A DNA stretch of 64,000 nucleotides from Asterias rubens. Lineage: Eukaryota. The notes beneath the pieces are model-generated. The model did not search any database, was not told where the DNA came from, and saw only the letters and a program-made list of their open reading frames with translations. Below, one piece after another: positions 12,291-26,100 of this stretch. The stretch spans positions 13,764,001 to 13,828,000 of the forward strand of contig NC_047074.1 of assembly GCF_902459465.1 (NCBI RefSeq), in the 5' to 3' direction. The translations under genes were made by a program, and so were the position numbers. Every line of letters starts with the position of its first letter. The first letter of the stretch is position 1.

Positions 12291-13973
12291 ATGTCGGGCG
12301 TTGAAGAATTAGAACAACAAGCTCATCATCTTGTTGACCGTGTCATTGACAACTCCATCAAGAGAGTTATATCAGAGTTGCACAGCGGGGATGAGTCGGA
12401 CTTAGGACGTCCAGTGTCTGCTGTTAGAGACTACGATAGTTTATTATTTAGAGAGACGGAGGATCATGATATTCAAGACATTCATTGGATGACGATTGAT
12501 CAATTTACGATCGAGAAAGGAGAGGCTAAGATTAATGAGTTTGTCAAGGTGAGTTGGTTATTATTGGAATAAATAATGTGTAATTTTAGAAGATTTGTAA
12601 TAATTACCATGACTTTTTACCTTCAGCAAAGTAAAACTAAATAGGTTACCAACCAGAATACCATAGTTACCATTGCTACGTCTGGTACCCGGTCATTTCT
12701 TGCATAGGCAAGAAAATTGCCAAGCAAAATTGTCTGCTAAACAGCTTTAATGAAATCGGCCCTTATATTAAACCTACACTCCGCTGCTGGTTAACTAGAC
12801 TGCTATGCCATGACACGCCACAAATTTTACTGATATACTATCATCCAGGCCTAATACTTCACGAAGGCAACTTCGTCTCGGTGCCCTTGAAATGCTCAAA
12901 TAGAAATTTACAATTTCCTCAGGAGAAAATGCTTTGGTGCCCTTGCTCTTTCAAATAGAAGCATAAAGACCTCATCATCTGATAACTTTTTCTTTCTTCC
13001 AACAGACGTGGGAATACCAAAACAGCTGGCTTTACTGCATCGATTTCCTAAGAGAAGAAGACGATAAATACAGCAAGAAGTATCGATATCAAGTGCGATG
13101 GAGTTTACCAACTAGAAGGAAACCCATTCCTAGAGCTGCTGCCTGTGTCTATTTTACCATTGAGGTCTCCAAGATTAAACCAGGGGTGAGAGAAATAATT
13201 TCAATAGCCACGATATTTTTCCTACTTTAGTCTGATTTCTGATTTATCTGGAAAAATTGTGATTAGATAGCCTGAAACATAAGGTTGTGTCTGAAACGAC
13301 GACTTCGGTAACAGCTAGATCAGCATGTCTACCAATGTTAAAACTAAAGCTGAAGTTGCCTGGAGGCAGAGGTCGCCCTCAGCTGTGCTGGATAGACAAT
13401 GTCACAAAGTGGATTGTTAGGATAGTTGAGAAGAGCAGCGATTGAAATAGAACAGGGCCCAATTTCATGGCTCTGCTTACCGTAAGCACAGAATTGGCGC
13501 TTACGGAAGCAGGGAATTTTGTGCTTACGGCAAGCGTGTTTCACGGGTTAGCGCAAATTTTGACTTCTGCGCGTGCGTACTCCATGTTACTAGGCATTCT
13601 ACGCTTACAAGCCTAGCGCAGAAATTCGGCGCTTGCACGCAATTGGGGAATCGTGATCGTAAGCGCAGAATTCGGCGGTACGCAGAGCCATGAAATTGGG
13701 CCCAGGTGATTGCAGTGACTCCAGTGACTCCAATACAATCAGGATGAGACGGCCATGGACGCGTGTCTTTACGAATGATAATGATATCCAGTTCAACTTA
13801 AACTAATGAAATGTTTTATTTTGTTTACTTTTTAGCACTATCCGATCGAAGTTTACTACGTGTTTGAGACCAATCAGTTGGTCCACAAGCCAGGTCTGTC
13901 TCGCTTCAGAGAGCGTTGGCTCAAAGATGTCATCGAGAGCAAGATCATGATGATGGAAACCGTGGACTTCTGA
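12291..13973 (+). CDS. AKAP14: A-kinase anchor protein 14-like (AKAP28 domain), 3 coding exons, ~191 aa
   Basis: Exons 12291-12548, 13006-13185, 13836-13973, all phase 0. Peptides IHWMTIDQFTIEKGEAKINEF, VRWSLPTRRKPIP, VYFTIEVSKIKP and NQLVHKPGLSRFRERWLKDVIESK match the AKAP14/AKAP28 pattern. The acceptor at 12261-12262 implies an upstream non-coding exon. Confidence 0.9.
13456..13702. mobile_element. Harbinger-type MITE (GGCCCAATTTCAT TIR, CAG TSD)
   Basis: CAG-ggcccaatttcatggctctgc ... gcagagccatgaaattgggcc-CAG. Short relative at 58845-58956. Confidence 0.8.
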
Positions 13974-15671
13974 GATGTTTTGAAAATGAGACAGATAGCC
14001 TAGACCCTTTGTATACACCGCTGATTCTGCAGAAAGTTCCCTGAAAATGATCCAGTCTTTCCAAGTTTTGATAAACAATTTGAAAAATCTCCATGTGGTC
14101 GATTTCACTAAGATAGTCTTAACTTAGGACTAGTCCTAAGACTTATTAAAAACTTAAGGCTAGTCCTAACTCAAGATAAGGCTAGTCTTAACTCTTTGTG
14201 AAATCCACCTCCAAGCTCGATTAGTAATTTTTATTGTAACGTCACACTTTACTTAGCATCTAAGAGTGATTTGCACTTAAGATCAACCTTAGCTCTTGCA
14301 AAATGGAGCCCCAGTTATGGAAACTTTGTCCCTATTTTGTTGAATGTTTCTCAACTCTAATTGTATGAATCTATACCAACATTCAGAAGCATTTGTCTTT
14401 TTAAAGTTAGGGTCGGTAATAACTCCAAACATTTATGACCATAAAAACACCCAGCTATTTTCCTTCGTCCCAACCAGGTAGTACTTAATAAGCAGGCCGC
14501 TGCTTTTCAAAACTAAGTAGTCTACCGGATTCTGAAAAATTATTTTGCAGCAGTAGAATAAGTAGAAAGACAAGTTCTCAAAGACCAACTCTACACAGCA
14601 AAGTAGGTATATTCATGCAAAGTAGATAGTTTTCAGTAAGTCACTGATAACTAAATACATCAATGTCTCACCCCGGTCTCACCATGCAATGCCTCAAATC
14701 CCACAACACATATAAAAGTGTACTCTGTTAAAAGGCACAGTCGTTTTCTCAGCAAGTAGACACTGTTCAGCTGAAAATGCATTATGTTGACAACAAATCT
14801 TTGAGCCTACATTTAATGCCATTTGTTGAAAATAATGACAAACGGTAACACCACTATTCTTTGTTTGTCTGTTATTAAATTAACCTCTGGCGGCTCCAAT
14901 AGACTTTAAATTCATTTTTACTAGATTTATGGTAGACTTTTAGACAATAAATCTTTTTGAAGGAATTTTGTATAATTTATTGAATACAAAGTTGTTAGAA
15001 TTGTACATTTGTAAATATTACAATGCAATATTGGATTTTATCAATAAAAAAGGTTGCAAGAAAAAATAAATTTCAATTTGTCCAATAATTGACTTGACTC
15101 GGGAGGGTGTTTTTGTGATTAAATTCGAAGAACTGACAATAAAACAGTTTTTGATCAAAATAATGTTATCACATAATATTATCCCAAAATACAATTTGAA
15201 CTATATTGAAGATTTAAAGTGAAAGATGCCAATGAGAGACACACAATTATTTTAATGATAAAGGGAAGAACTCTGTTTAAAAATGACTAATGCAATTAAA
15301 ACATTGCATTGATTAGCAACTATTGATTAGTTATATTATTTTATTGAATAAATTGGCAGTGATAGATTAATAAGTACAAAATAGTTATAAACATTCTTTA
15401 AAAGTGCTTCTTTGGCATCGTTATCAATCCACTTTTACAAAGAAAATGGCCTTTGGTTAAATTATTGAATTTCGCTAACACTTTTGTTTCACACGTCAAA
15501 AAAATAAACCACAAAGGAAACCGACTGGGTAAATGTTTAAATAGTTTTGGGCTCAACAAAGACAAATTTACCAATGCAGGACTTGAACCTGGTACCTCCG
15601 GATTAAGCGCTCTACCAATTGAGCTATCTAGAAGTGTGTTGGTGGTCTCCCTATTTTGTCAATATCTTGAA

Positions 15672-16013
15672 AGCCATTGGACACTTTCGGTAAACAGTAT
15701 TGTCCAAGGCCCACACTTCGTGTATCACAACTTCTATATAAATAAACCTGTGAAAATTTAGGCTCAATTGGTCATCCGAGTCTGGAGAAAATAACGGGAA
15801 AAACCACCCTTGTTTCAGCACGTTTCGCCGTGTCATGACATGTGTTTAAAATAAATCTGTAATTCTCGATATCGAGAATTGATATTGTTTTAATGTTTCC
15901 TCAAAAAGTAAAGCATTTCATGGAATAATAGTTCAAGGGAAGTCTTTCACCATTACCTTCTGTAAACCCTGTAAGTTATTTGTAAATCTGTGAATAAAAA
16001 AAAAAGTATGGCT
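15672..16013. mobile_element. TTAA-type MITE (AGCCATTGGACAC family), decayed
   Basis: Aligns with the intact copy at 49481-49854. Confidence 0.75.
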
Positions 16014-17151
16014 TTCAGCAGATCGAGCCACGCGGCCCTTCCATAAAAAACAGCCTGCCTAACTCAAAAAATTACAGCTTTAGAAATCAGGTAGAGAAAT
16101 ATGCTGTTTTGGCATAATTGGGACGAAAGTATAAAAAGAGGCAGAGACAGGACATGTTATATTAAAAAAAGCATACATAGTAAGCCTTTGAAACTTATAA
16201 AGTGCCCTCAACTTACCCTGAAATTATCTAATACAAAAAACTTTCAAGTGTGCTGTTTCGGGCCCATATGAACCAAGTAGTTTGTTAAAAACCACACAGA
16301 CAACTTATTCGCGTATCTCTTTCCATACTTTGCATTAGATTATATATACAAGTTTTATCTTGAAGTATTCTTTAATATTCACAAGAATTATTTTACGATG
16401 TTTAATGTTAAGATTAATATTTGCTTACAAATCCAAGTCATACTCTGGGTAAAATAGTCCAAGTTAGTTTAAAAAGCATGTTAGACATGGCTATATTTGT
16501 AGAATATTAATAAGTTAATAAATATATATTTTCTTGGGTGTTCAGTTACAAATATTGCAAAATTACAATATAAAAGTTAGAATTTTCTATACTAAAAAAG
16601 GTTAAAATGTCCATGCTAAGGTTTCTGTGAAAATATTTTACAGGTTTTTTTAAAAGTGTCTAAAACACCCCAGTCTCACTTAATTCTGATCAAGACATAT
16701 CTTAGACTTGTGCACAAGCCGTTATATTGTTGCCGCAGTAATTACTCAAAAGTGACTGCTCTTGCAAGACTGCTGGGTCCCGACAGTATAATCCCACAAG
16801 AGATGGTACGCCATCACCTTGACATACGTTTAACGACTTCTCAACACGTCTACTCATATCTAGAAATTCATCAAAATATTGTTTCCTTGTTATTTTGTCC
16901 AGTTAAAGAACAGTTTAGGTGTTTGTCAGATAAGTTATAAGCGTCACCAAGAAACATATCGCCAAATTTGTATTTCATGGTTTTTGCATAAACACTGGGT
17001 ACTCAAAAACCTTTTTTTTAGCACAAGGGCTTGACCTAAATGTTATTAATCACAGTTTTTCAGATTTTGTTTCAAAGGTAAAAAAACAACTGGAAATCAG
17101 CCTTAAGTAGGAAGAACATCATGCCTGTGAAAATCTTTTCACGGCACAACC

Positions 17152-20100
17152 CTATTTGGGTCCAGTTTGTGTTTGTGTCTTGCTTTGCCTCGTCATAGTT
17201 TGTTGTAATTTCTTGAGGTTTTCTTTAGCATTGTGAGACTTTGGATCCAGCTCTAAGGCTGCTTGGTAATGCTGCTGTGCTTTGCTGTATTTCCCCCATC
17301 TATGATACAACACTCCAAGGTTGCCATGGTAATTCGCCAATCTAGGATTCAGTTGAATGGCCTTCAGAAACATGGCCTCTGCTTCCTGAATTTGAAAAAA
17401 AAAAAAAAAAAATTAACTTTAAACTACACACAGAAACAAAACAACTGCCAAAATTACAAACTAAAAAAAATGAACCACCATTATAGGGTTCGATAGTAAA
17501 GTTGATAAATCTTAAAAAAAAAAAATGTCAACCACAATTTAATTACAATTTGTATTGTCAGTTTCCCTTGTGTTTTAATACTAGATGTTTCTTTGTTCAA
17601 TCCAATATCATATGTACAAATCTTCTTAACCAAAGAAATTCTGACTTTCCTAACATATCCTCGAAAAATAAACCCTTTTGTATTTTTTTTTAACTTTAAC
17701 TATAAAGTAAACATACATTGCAAAATATTTTCTTAAATAAAACTGTTCGTCTTTATTTACTGGTTAATTAATTTTTCCACTAAAGTTTTTTAGTTGCATT
17801 TGGACTCCTAATTAGACTTCTAATTATATTTTCTAAAAAAAATTTCAACCAAAATAACCTCATAGCGTCCTTCCTTGCCGAGTACGTTTCCCAGTCCGTA
17901 ATAGATTGATGGTTCGTCAGGTACATGTTTCATTGCCTCCTTAGCAACCAAGATGGCGGTCTCATGCTGGCCTACATACGACGACATCAAAACAAAACAT
18001 TTAAACACAATGAACCAACTGCAGACACAAATTCACTACAACTTCAAAGGCTTCAATTCTATGACATCCAAAACAACCAAAAAAAACAAGACCATAATGA
18101 AAAGATTGTTAAGTACAGGGTCATAGAATGGTTTTAGCCACAATTTGGCAATAAAAATATAGTTTAAAGGCACTGGGGTCGATTTCACAACGACTTAGGA
18201 CTAGTCCTACCTAGGAGATAATTAAAACGCATGGCTAGTCCTAAGTTAGGACAAGTAACTCTTCCTAACGCGAGATAAGACTAGCCTTAACTCTCTGTGA
18301 AATCCACCCCAGGACACCTTTGGTAATTGTGAAAGACCAGTATTCTCACTTGGTGTATCCCAACACTTGCATAAAATATCAAACCTGTGGAAATTACTTG
18401 GAGCAATTATTTTGAGTAACTACCAATAGTGTCCAGCGCCTTTCATATTTCTGGTTTGATTCTTCACAAAACTGAGCTCAAGATTGGTGGAGAGGAAAGT
18501 GTGATTATTTAGCCCAGGAACCTTTCTAAGATGACTGGAATAAAGGGTAGGTAACCATGATTGCTCGTTTGTTAGCGTGTGGCTCTGAACAGAGGGGCTT
18601 AAATTTGTTTTGCTTCTTGATTTCAATAAATTGGAAAAGTAACTTTTCAAAACTTCAAACTGCAAAACAAAACCACCAGTCACAAAATGGTTTTAAAAGA
18701 AAAATGTGTGGTTAAAAGAGTTGCAACAGTGAGTGCAGAAGGAAATAGCTTTGTGGTGGAAGGGAGCTTTGGAATATGAAACTTTTCACAGGATAATTGC
18801 CTTTTTCCACCGGACATTTTTAATATAGTCAGGTTCACAGTGTTAAGATTTTAAATTTAGTTTTCAGAATCTGTTTAAAATACTAAAATCACAAAATCAA
18901 TATTTCCATTTTCCATAAGGTTTGCATGGCAGCCACTTTGATTTTTTCAAAGTAGCCACAAAAATTTAAATATTTGGAAATATCATAGCATACAGATGAC
19001 AATAGGATCCTGATTTCAATCACAAAATCTACATTTTCTGCGGGCAATTAAAAACCTTCTTGTAACAGTAAAATTTACCCAAATAATGGCCATCTTGGAT
19101 TTTTGCAAAATGGAGCCCAAAATTTGAACCCAATGGTAAAAGTCACAACTGTCCAAACATACACTATTCAAACAAACTTCACTTCAAAGGAGTTTGGGAC
19201 TTAAAGCAGATTACTTTTCGTCAAAAACTTGCTCTTTAGTGTTATTGCAGTCAAGACATTTGATAGAGAAAGAAGCACCATGATAAAATTTTAATATAGA
19301 CCATCATCACAGAGCAGCCATCTTGCCTGACCTCCACCCAGGTCCCATTTTCATTTTAGCAGAAAATCCTACAAGTGATCTGGCGTCCCTCTCGAAACGA
19401 GGGAGTGGGTTCCGCACAGAGCACCCGACCACAATAACAAAGTTCTTCACTTGGCAAAAAACTGAGTAAAGCAACAGTCACAGAAACTTATACTTTATGG
19501 CATTTTGACTGCAAACAAGTGTCTGCTTAGTATGATTTTACTTTGCTTAGCAAGTTTTTGAGCATACAAGCTTTACTATGAAAGTGAGCTCAGGTCAGAG
19601 TAGCCAAACTGAGGCTCGAGGAAGAATCAGTCGGGCACCTATGGGATATATAAATGTAATTGCCATAGTGGACACAGGGAACCAAACAAAGGTGGCTGCA
19701 GTTTGATGAAAGGTCTATGGCTGTGTCTGAATTCAAGACTTCGGCTGTGGCTAATGGCTGAATCACTGAGGCCTTTGTGCTGCAACAATGGTCAAGTTCG
19801 CACAAGGACTGTTTGTTGACATTGGTTCGACTAAGTTTGCCCAAACTCTGTCTAGTCGACTAATTGGAACCAACCTACTGGGCATGGTTGTATTGTTGTT
19901 ATCAAGAGGCGCTTTCATAGCACAGTGCAGAGTGGACCATCAGAAAATGATAGCGTACATTGAGCCGTCAGTCAAATTAGAGGATCAGATTTAGACTATT
20001 GAGTCACACTAATTGCAAAAGTTTGTTTTATTGCTGATTAATGTTTATTGGGTGGTTATTGATGACATATCCAAAATCGGACAAGAGTTTCAAGCTAGAA

Positions 20101-23100
20101 GTGCCCTAATTTGCATATTTAAATTAGGTGGTAATTAGCAATCTTTAAAGTCAATTATCTTTAAAACTACTCATTTTTTTGGACAAGGTTTGTGTTAGAG
20201 GTGAATAGAAACCTGACCCTGGGAATCTAAAAAACATATTTGCATACTCGATCGATTGACCCTTTCCAAATAACTAGGTCAAAGGTCAAAGGGTTAAACA
20301 CGCATTTAATTGGTTTTCTCCACTCAAATGCATTGTACATGGTACCATGACAGTGTAATAAATAATTAATGAATTCTTTGGGTTGAATGATTCCACCCTG
20401 TCCCATATGACCTATATAGTCATCATCTAAATCAAAGGTCAAAGGTACCACTGTAAAAAGACCACTTACTTGCGATATGCCTAAACACCACAGCTTGTTT
20501 CAACGCGGTTTAGCATCCGCATGTGCAGACTGGAGTGTATCAGAAAATTTGCCAAAGTACTTGCATTTTATGTTTGGTTTGTCATGGAATTCAGCAAGTT
20601 GTAAGAGAAAAGTCTTTGTCTGCCCTATAATGAAGCTCAGCTACTTATGGATGTCAAGCAAACACCGGGGCGATAGTTATCTAATAACCTCCAAGGTAGT
20701 TTCTAAGTATAGCAAAATAACCATTGACGGCAGAGAGGACCTATGCTGGTAAATACGGCCACCTATCATGCTCAGTGGGAAAGTGTATGGTGGATGGTGC
20801 TCTACATGATACAATTCTTGTGAAGAAGATGGCCACACAACATCAGTATAGTTAACAGTGCTCTAAGGAAGTTAAATGAGACATCAAAAAGGGAGGCACA
20901 AGTTGGGAGGAATGGGGGGGGGGCAACACCTAAAAAGGTACCAGCTGGAGAGGCAACAATGAGGAGGCAACATAAGTGCCGGCAACAACAACATGGAGGC
21001 AACAACAGGCGGGCACAGGTTGGGAGGTAACAACGGAAGGCAACAGAGGGGGAGGCAACACCTGAGGAGGTATCTACTGGGAAGGCAACATGGGGGAGGA
21101 CAGGTCGGAAGGCAACATCAGGGGAGGCAACAACAAGGGGGCAAAGCAGGGGAGGCAAAAATAGGGGAGGCATCAACAGGGTGTTAGGCAACGGGAAGCA
21201 ACAACAGGGGAGACAATTAGAGGAGGCAACAACAGGGGAAACAATTAGAGGAGGCAAAAATAGGGGAGGCAACAACAGGGGAGACAATTAGGGGAGGCAA
21301 CATCAGGGGAGTCAACAACTGGGGAGGCACTAGGTGAAAGGCAAACATTGGGGAGGCAACAACTTAGGACCAAACAACTTGGGAGGCAACAACCGGGTAG
21401 GCAACACCGAGTTATTTGGAAAGGGTCAATCGAGTATACAAATATGTTTTTCAGATTGTCAAGGTCAGGTTTCTATTCACCTCTAACACAAACCTTGTCC
21501 ATAAAATGAATAGTTTGAGAGATAATTTACCTTAAAGATTGCTAATTACCACCTAATTTAAATATGCAAATTAGGGCACTTCTGGCTTGAAACTCTTATC
21601 CGATTTTGGATATGTCATCAATAACCACCCAATAAACAAGAATCAACAATAAAACAAACTTTTGCAATTTGTGTGACTCAACATGAAAAAAATGTCTAAA
21701 TCTGGTCCTCTAAATTGACAAGACATGACTGGAGTTTGCACAATAACTTCTGTGCGCATGCCCAACATACATCAATACACAAACACTATAGTTTATAACC
21801 ATTGGACCTTCCGCGAACTAAGCGATAGCCGCTGCTGCCAACAGCTATAGCCAGAACCAAAGTTGCTTGTTTATTGAGGCCCTGTCCGAAACGACGACTT
21901 TGGCTACAGCTACGGCTAGATTTCGCGCATCTGCCTATTCTTCAACACTGGCAGACGGGCTCTAGCCGTAGATGAAGCCGAAGTTGCCGTTTTGGATACA
22001 CGGCCTAAGGTTAGTTCTTACCAGCGCGGTCATGTAATGTGGCAATGTTTGCCCAGGAGCTGGTGTGATCTGGCTGCAGTGCAGTGGCGTTATACCAAGC
22101 CACGAGGGCGTCATCGTGGCGACCCAATTCAACATACTGCACAGCAAGTACAAAGTATGCGTTTGTTTGCAAGGTTGTGTGCAATGGTGGCCAAATAAAG
22201 TGAATATTGTTAGAGTTATTACACGGTTAATAAAAGGTTTTGTTATCACGGTTAGTTAGGAGAAAAATCACCATTTCGAGAACAAAACAAAACTGTAAAT
22301 GTATGAGGTACAAGTTGAAGAGATTTTAATCAATATGCAGGTGTAGTTTTTTAGTAAAACAGTTTAGTAAGAGATGATTTTATAATGGATGAATGAAAAA
22401 TGTCTTATAATAGAGCCTACTACATATTGATTGTAGTTTGCCTTTTTAGCTTTTGTTATGAGATGATTTGGGAAGATTTGTAATCAGTACAAAATATATT
22501 ATGCACAGCACTCCTTGAAACACACTCATTTTAGGATTTTTCTTTTTTGACAGGGAAAAGTAGAAACTGATGTCATGAAGATATGAAACCATATTGCTAT
22601 GGAAACTCTGTTTGGATGATTTGAACTAAATGAGACCATTGCGCCATTGCTGTGGTTTAAAAGGTAGTACACCATGGCTCAAAGTTGTATGTCACAAACT
22701 CATAAGCATATTTTGACTGTGTTGGCCTCAGCAATAAAGACTGATCTGTGAGAATGTTGACCCTAAAACGCTTTTTATTATTAATTAAGCAAAATTAAAC
22801 TTTGTTTTCTATGCTATCATTTCATGCACAGTAGCTCTGCTTTCTAAGCTAGTATTTTCTAAAATTTAATTGATGATCTAAAACATAGACATGCCAATTA
22901 GTCTACTTATCTAAATAAAAATGGACTCCTTGGGCTTTTTCAGCTTAGGCTTTGTCTCCAGGCTCCATTTGATGTTAGAAACGTGGTGAAATGTTCACTG
23001 CTCAATGTTCAATGTCAATGTTCACAAGGCCATGGGTAACAGAGGCAAAGACCTCCATGGTGAAAGCACAGGCAAAGCACTAGTACTGCGTTCAATAAGT

Positions 23101-26100
23101 TTCTATGACTCTCGAGTATAATTGAACTTTGACCTTCGGCATGACCTATCACACTTTGACCTTTGATCTTTGACATGACCTATCCCCAATGAGTGTGTTT
23201 TTAAATTTCCGACACACCAAAGTCTCACCCAATGATTCTAAGTGGACCACGGCATTACTCCAGGCCCTAGCATGGTCACTTTGGAATGATGTTGCATTCA
23301 GCCATGCCCTTAAAGCCTCGCTATCACGCTGGAGATCCAAGTACTACCAGGGCGCCATCATGCGTACGGCGAAGAGGAAGGAATATGAGAGAAAAATGAA
23401 TATGACAGACAAGGACCAAAACACAGACGATGAAAACTTGGCCACTCTGTTATCAATTTCTGTGTCGAGTGTCACATAATAAAGATCATTCAATAGCTAC
23501 ACTGTGGTTTTGAATGAGAGATGCACTGTGGGGCATGCAACCATGTTGTGATTGCATCTACACTATACACTGACAACCCTCCTACTGCTTGCCCATTCAA
23601 TATTATCCACTGTGGTTTTGAATAACGGGTAAACTCTCCCAGTCTGCAATAGATCTTAAGAATGCACCTATACACAACAGTACACACATGTTAGTTCTGC
23701 ACACAGTTGCTGCACCATACAAAACCCTTGCAGTTGAATGGTTGCGTATGGTCAACTCACAGGAAAATTGAACCAAAAGAGTAGGGCAGCTGAACCATAG
23801 TCAAACAGAGTTCCCAAATTTCCATGTACACAAAACAAGCACGCACTCACGCAAACAAAACAAACAAACAAACAAACAAACAAACAAACAACAACAAAAT
23901 CAGTCAACAAAATGGAACAAACCTAACATCTTTTTTCATGCACTTCATTTCAATTGATCTCAAACAAAAGTTTTTTGTTTCTTCTGGAATTTCATCTTTG
24001 AGAAGGCATGGCCATTTGAAAATCTCAAAAGTGTATGGGAAGCTTTTTGAAGGGGCACCAGGTCAAAGACCAGGGCAACCATCGTCTTTGTGTAATTCTA
24101 GAGTTTGCCAACAAATATCTCATGAAAGAAAAATTGTAAAAATCATTCTTTAAAGCAGGATTGTCAAATCAATTTTCTTTGGCTTAAAATTTAAAGGCAT
24201 TGGGCAAAAGACTGTTTTTTGCTCTGCATCCCAAAAGTCTCCGTCCTGCTTGAAATGAATCAAAGGATTTTTCCCCAAATGTGTTTATATCTCAAATTTT
24301 GATGGAAAAAAACATCAATTGAGGGTAAGAAATAAAAAAAGTGCTACCAGTGAAGTATTTGAAGCATGCTAGCAAAACTAAAAACTCATGCAAACTGTAT
24401 CATGCTACACTATAGTACGGCCATGCTACTTTTAATCTTTATACTAAGAGGGAACTTGATTGGCTGTGTGTGCATTATGACATCAGTTTTAAAGAGTTTC
24501 AACCAATAACAAGACTCGAAATATAATGGTGAAAATGATGAGTGGAACACAGAAGGTGAAGTCTCTTAAAAACAAAATGGCGGAAAAAGAAGATTAGAAT
24601 GAAAACACAAATTATCAATTCAAAATTATCACAAGTGTTAACCAATTCACGTTGGATTTCTGAGAAATTGTTTGTGCCCAAAGACAATTTCTTAACTTTT
24701 TGTAGCTTCTTTAAAAATTGTTTTCCTTTCAGAATATCATTGCCATAATGAACACTGACTTGACAAAAGCAAGACAACAAAGGTTATCAAATTTAGCTAA
24801 GCACGGTCATTACAATCACGCTACACAAGGTAAATTCTGGCTGCCCTTTTGCTGTCCCTTGTGCCTGTTTTCTGCTCGTTTTTGCTGCAGCAAAAAGTTG
24901 TGGGCGCTCTGAAGTTGCTCAAGTCGTGACAAAACCGTCTGCCGTAATAAGTCAGTCCAGAACAATTTAGCTCTTATACACGTCATCCAACGTGAAGTGA
25001 TTAAGAAGCATTGAGATTAACCGGTTCCACATTGAGTTCAAACAAATAGGAAAATTAAACTTGATAATTGAATATATGAATGATAATTTTTCAGTCACTG
25101 AAGTGGTTAAAAACGTTGAGACTTACTTGTTTCACATTGAGGCAAAATTAAACTTGAAAGATGGGTCTAAACGGATAGTTTTCCCCGAGAACCGTTTTAA
25201 TAAAATAAAAGTAGTAAATCAACTAAAGTCAATATTCTGCCAATGCATCTTTCGAGGTTCCCAAATACAACTGTGGAGCCTCCCCTTTTCCTTTATACTA
25301 GGCCACTCCCACATTATTTGTCCCTCATTCCATGATTTCTCATTAACCCGGAGGTCATTGGTTCAAATACCGCTCCTGTCAACTTGTCTTTGTTCAACAC
25401 CAAATCACTTATATTTCAATCAACTCCTTTCTGCATTTGTCCTGTCTGTTCTTATTTTTCACTGTCATCAAATGGACACCACTGAGTTTCCGTCTCGACA
25501 ATTATTCAAACAGAACTGATATTTTGGCCACTTACCATGTTACCCAAATTAAAGTAACAATCTGCGTATCTATGGCGATGGTATAGCGCCGTCTGATAAC
25601 TCTGCTCAGCTTGGGAGAACTTCTTGGTGGCCGCTTGAACGATGCCAAGATTCATCCACGCCGCAGCAAACTGGGGCCTGATTGAGAAATCATTACAAAC
25701 GCTAAACAACCCTCCTACTGTCTGAACATTGAATATCATCTACTGTGGTTTTGAATTATTGATAAATAGACCGAACTATAAGCCTGCAACATGATATCAA
25801 GTGGTTAATAAATCTATACATAATACAGTCAACCCTGACCAAACAATATCATCCACTGTGGGGGTTAAAACTTAAATAAAATGTGCAAATGGATTTTCAT
25901 TAAATACCCCTCCTTTTCAGTTTTATTCTCTCACATTTCTTGGTGTTTCTACTTTCCAAACTTTGGAACCAACAGTGGAATCAACAACATGGTTTTTATT
26001 AGTATTACAGCATAGATTATGCTATTTAAAAATGTATAAAAGAATAAACAACATTTATGGGTCAAAAAACAGCTCATTTTGCTTGACCACATCACAAATG

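Noticed and set aside
16656-16940. 94 aa ORF between AKAP14 and TMTC4
   Set aside because: No recognisable motif or splice context; it lies in repeat-like sequence near or within the TMTC4 3' region.
20802-21287. 161 aa Pro/Leu/Cys-rich ORF
   Set aside because: Product of the G/A-rich minisatellite read on the minus strand.
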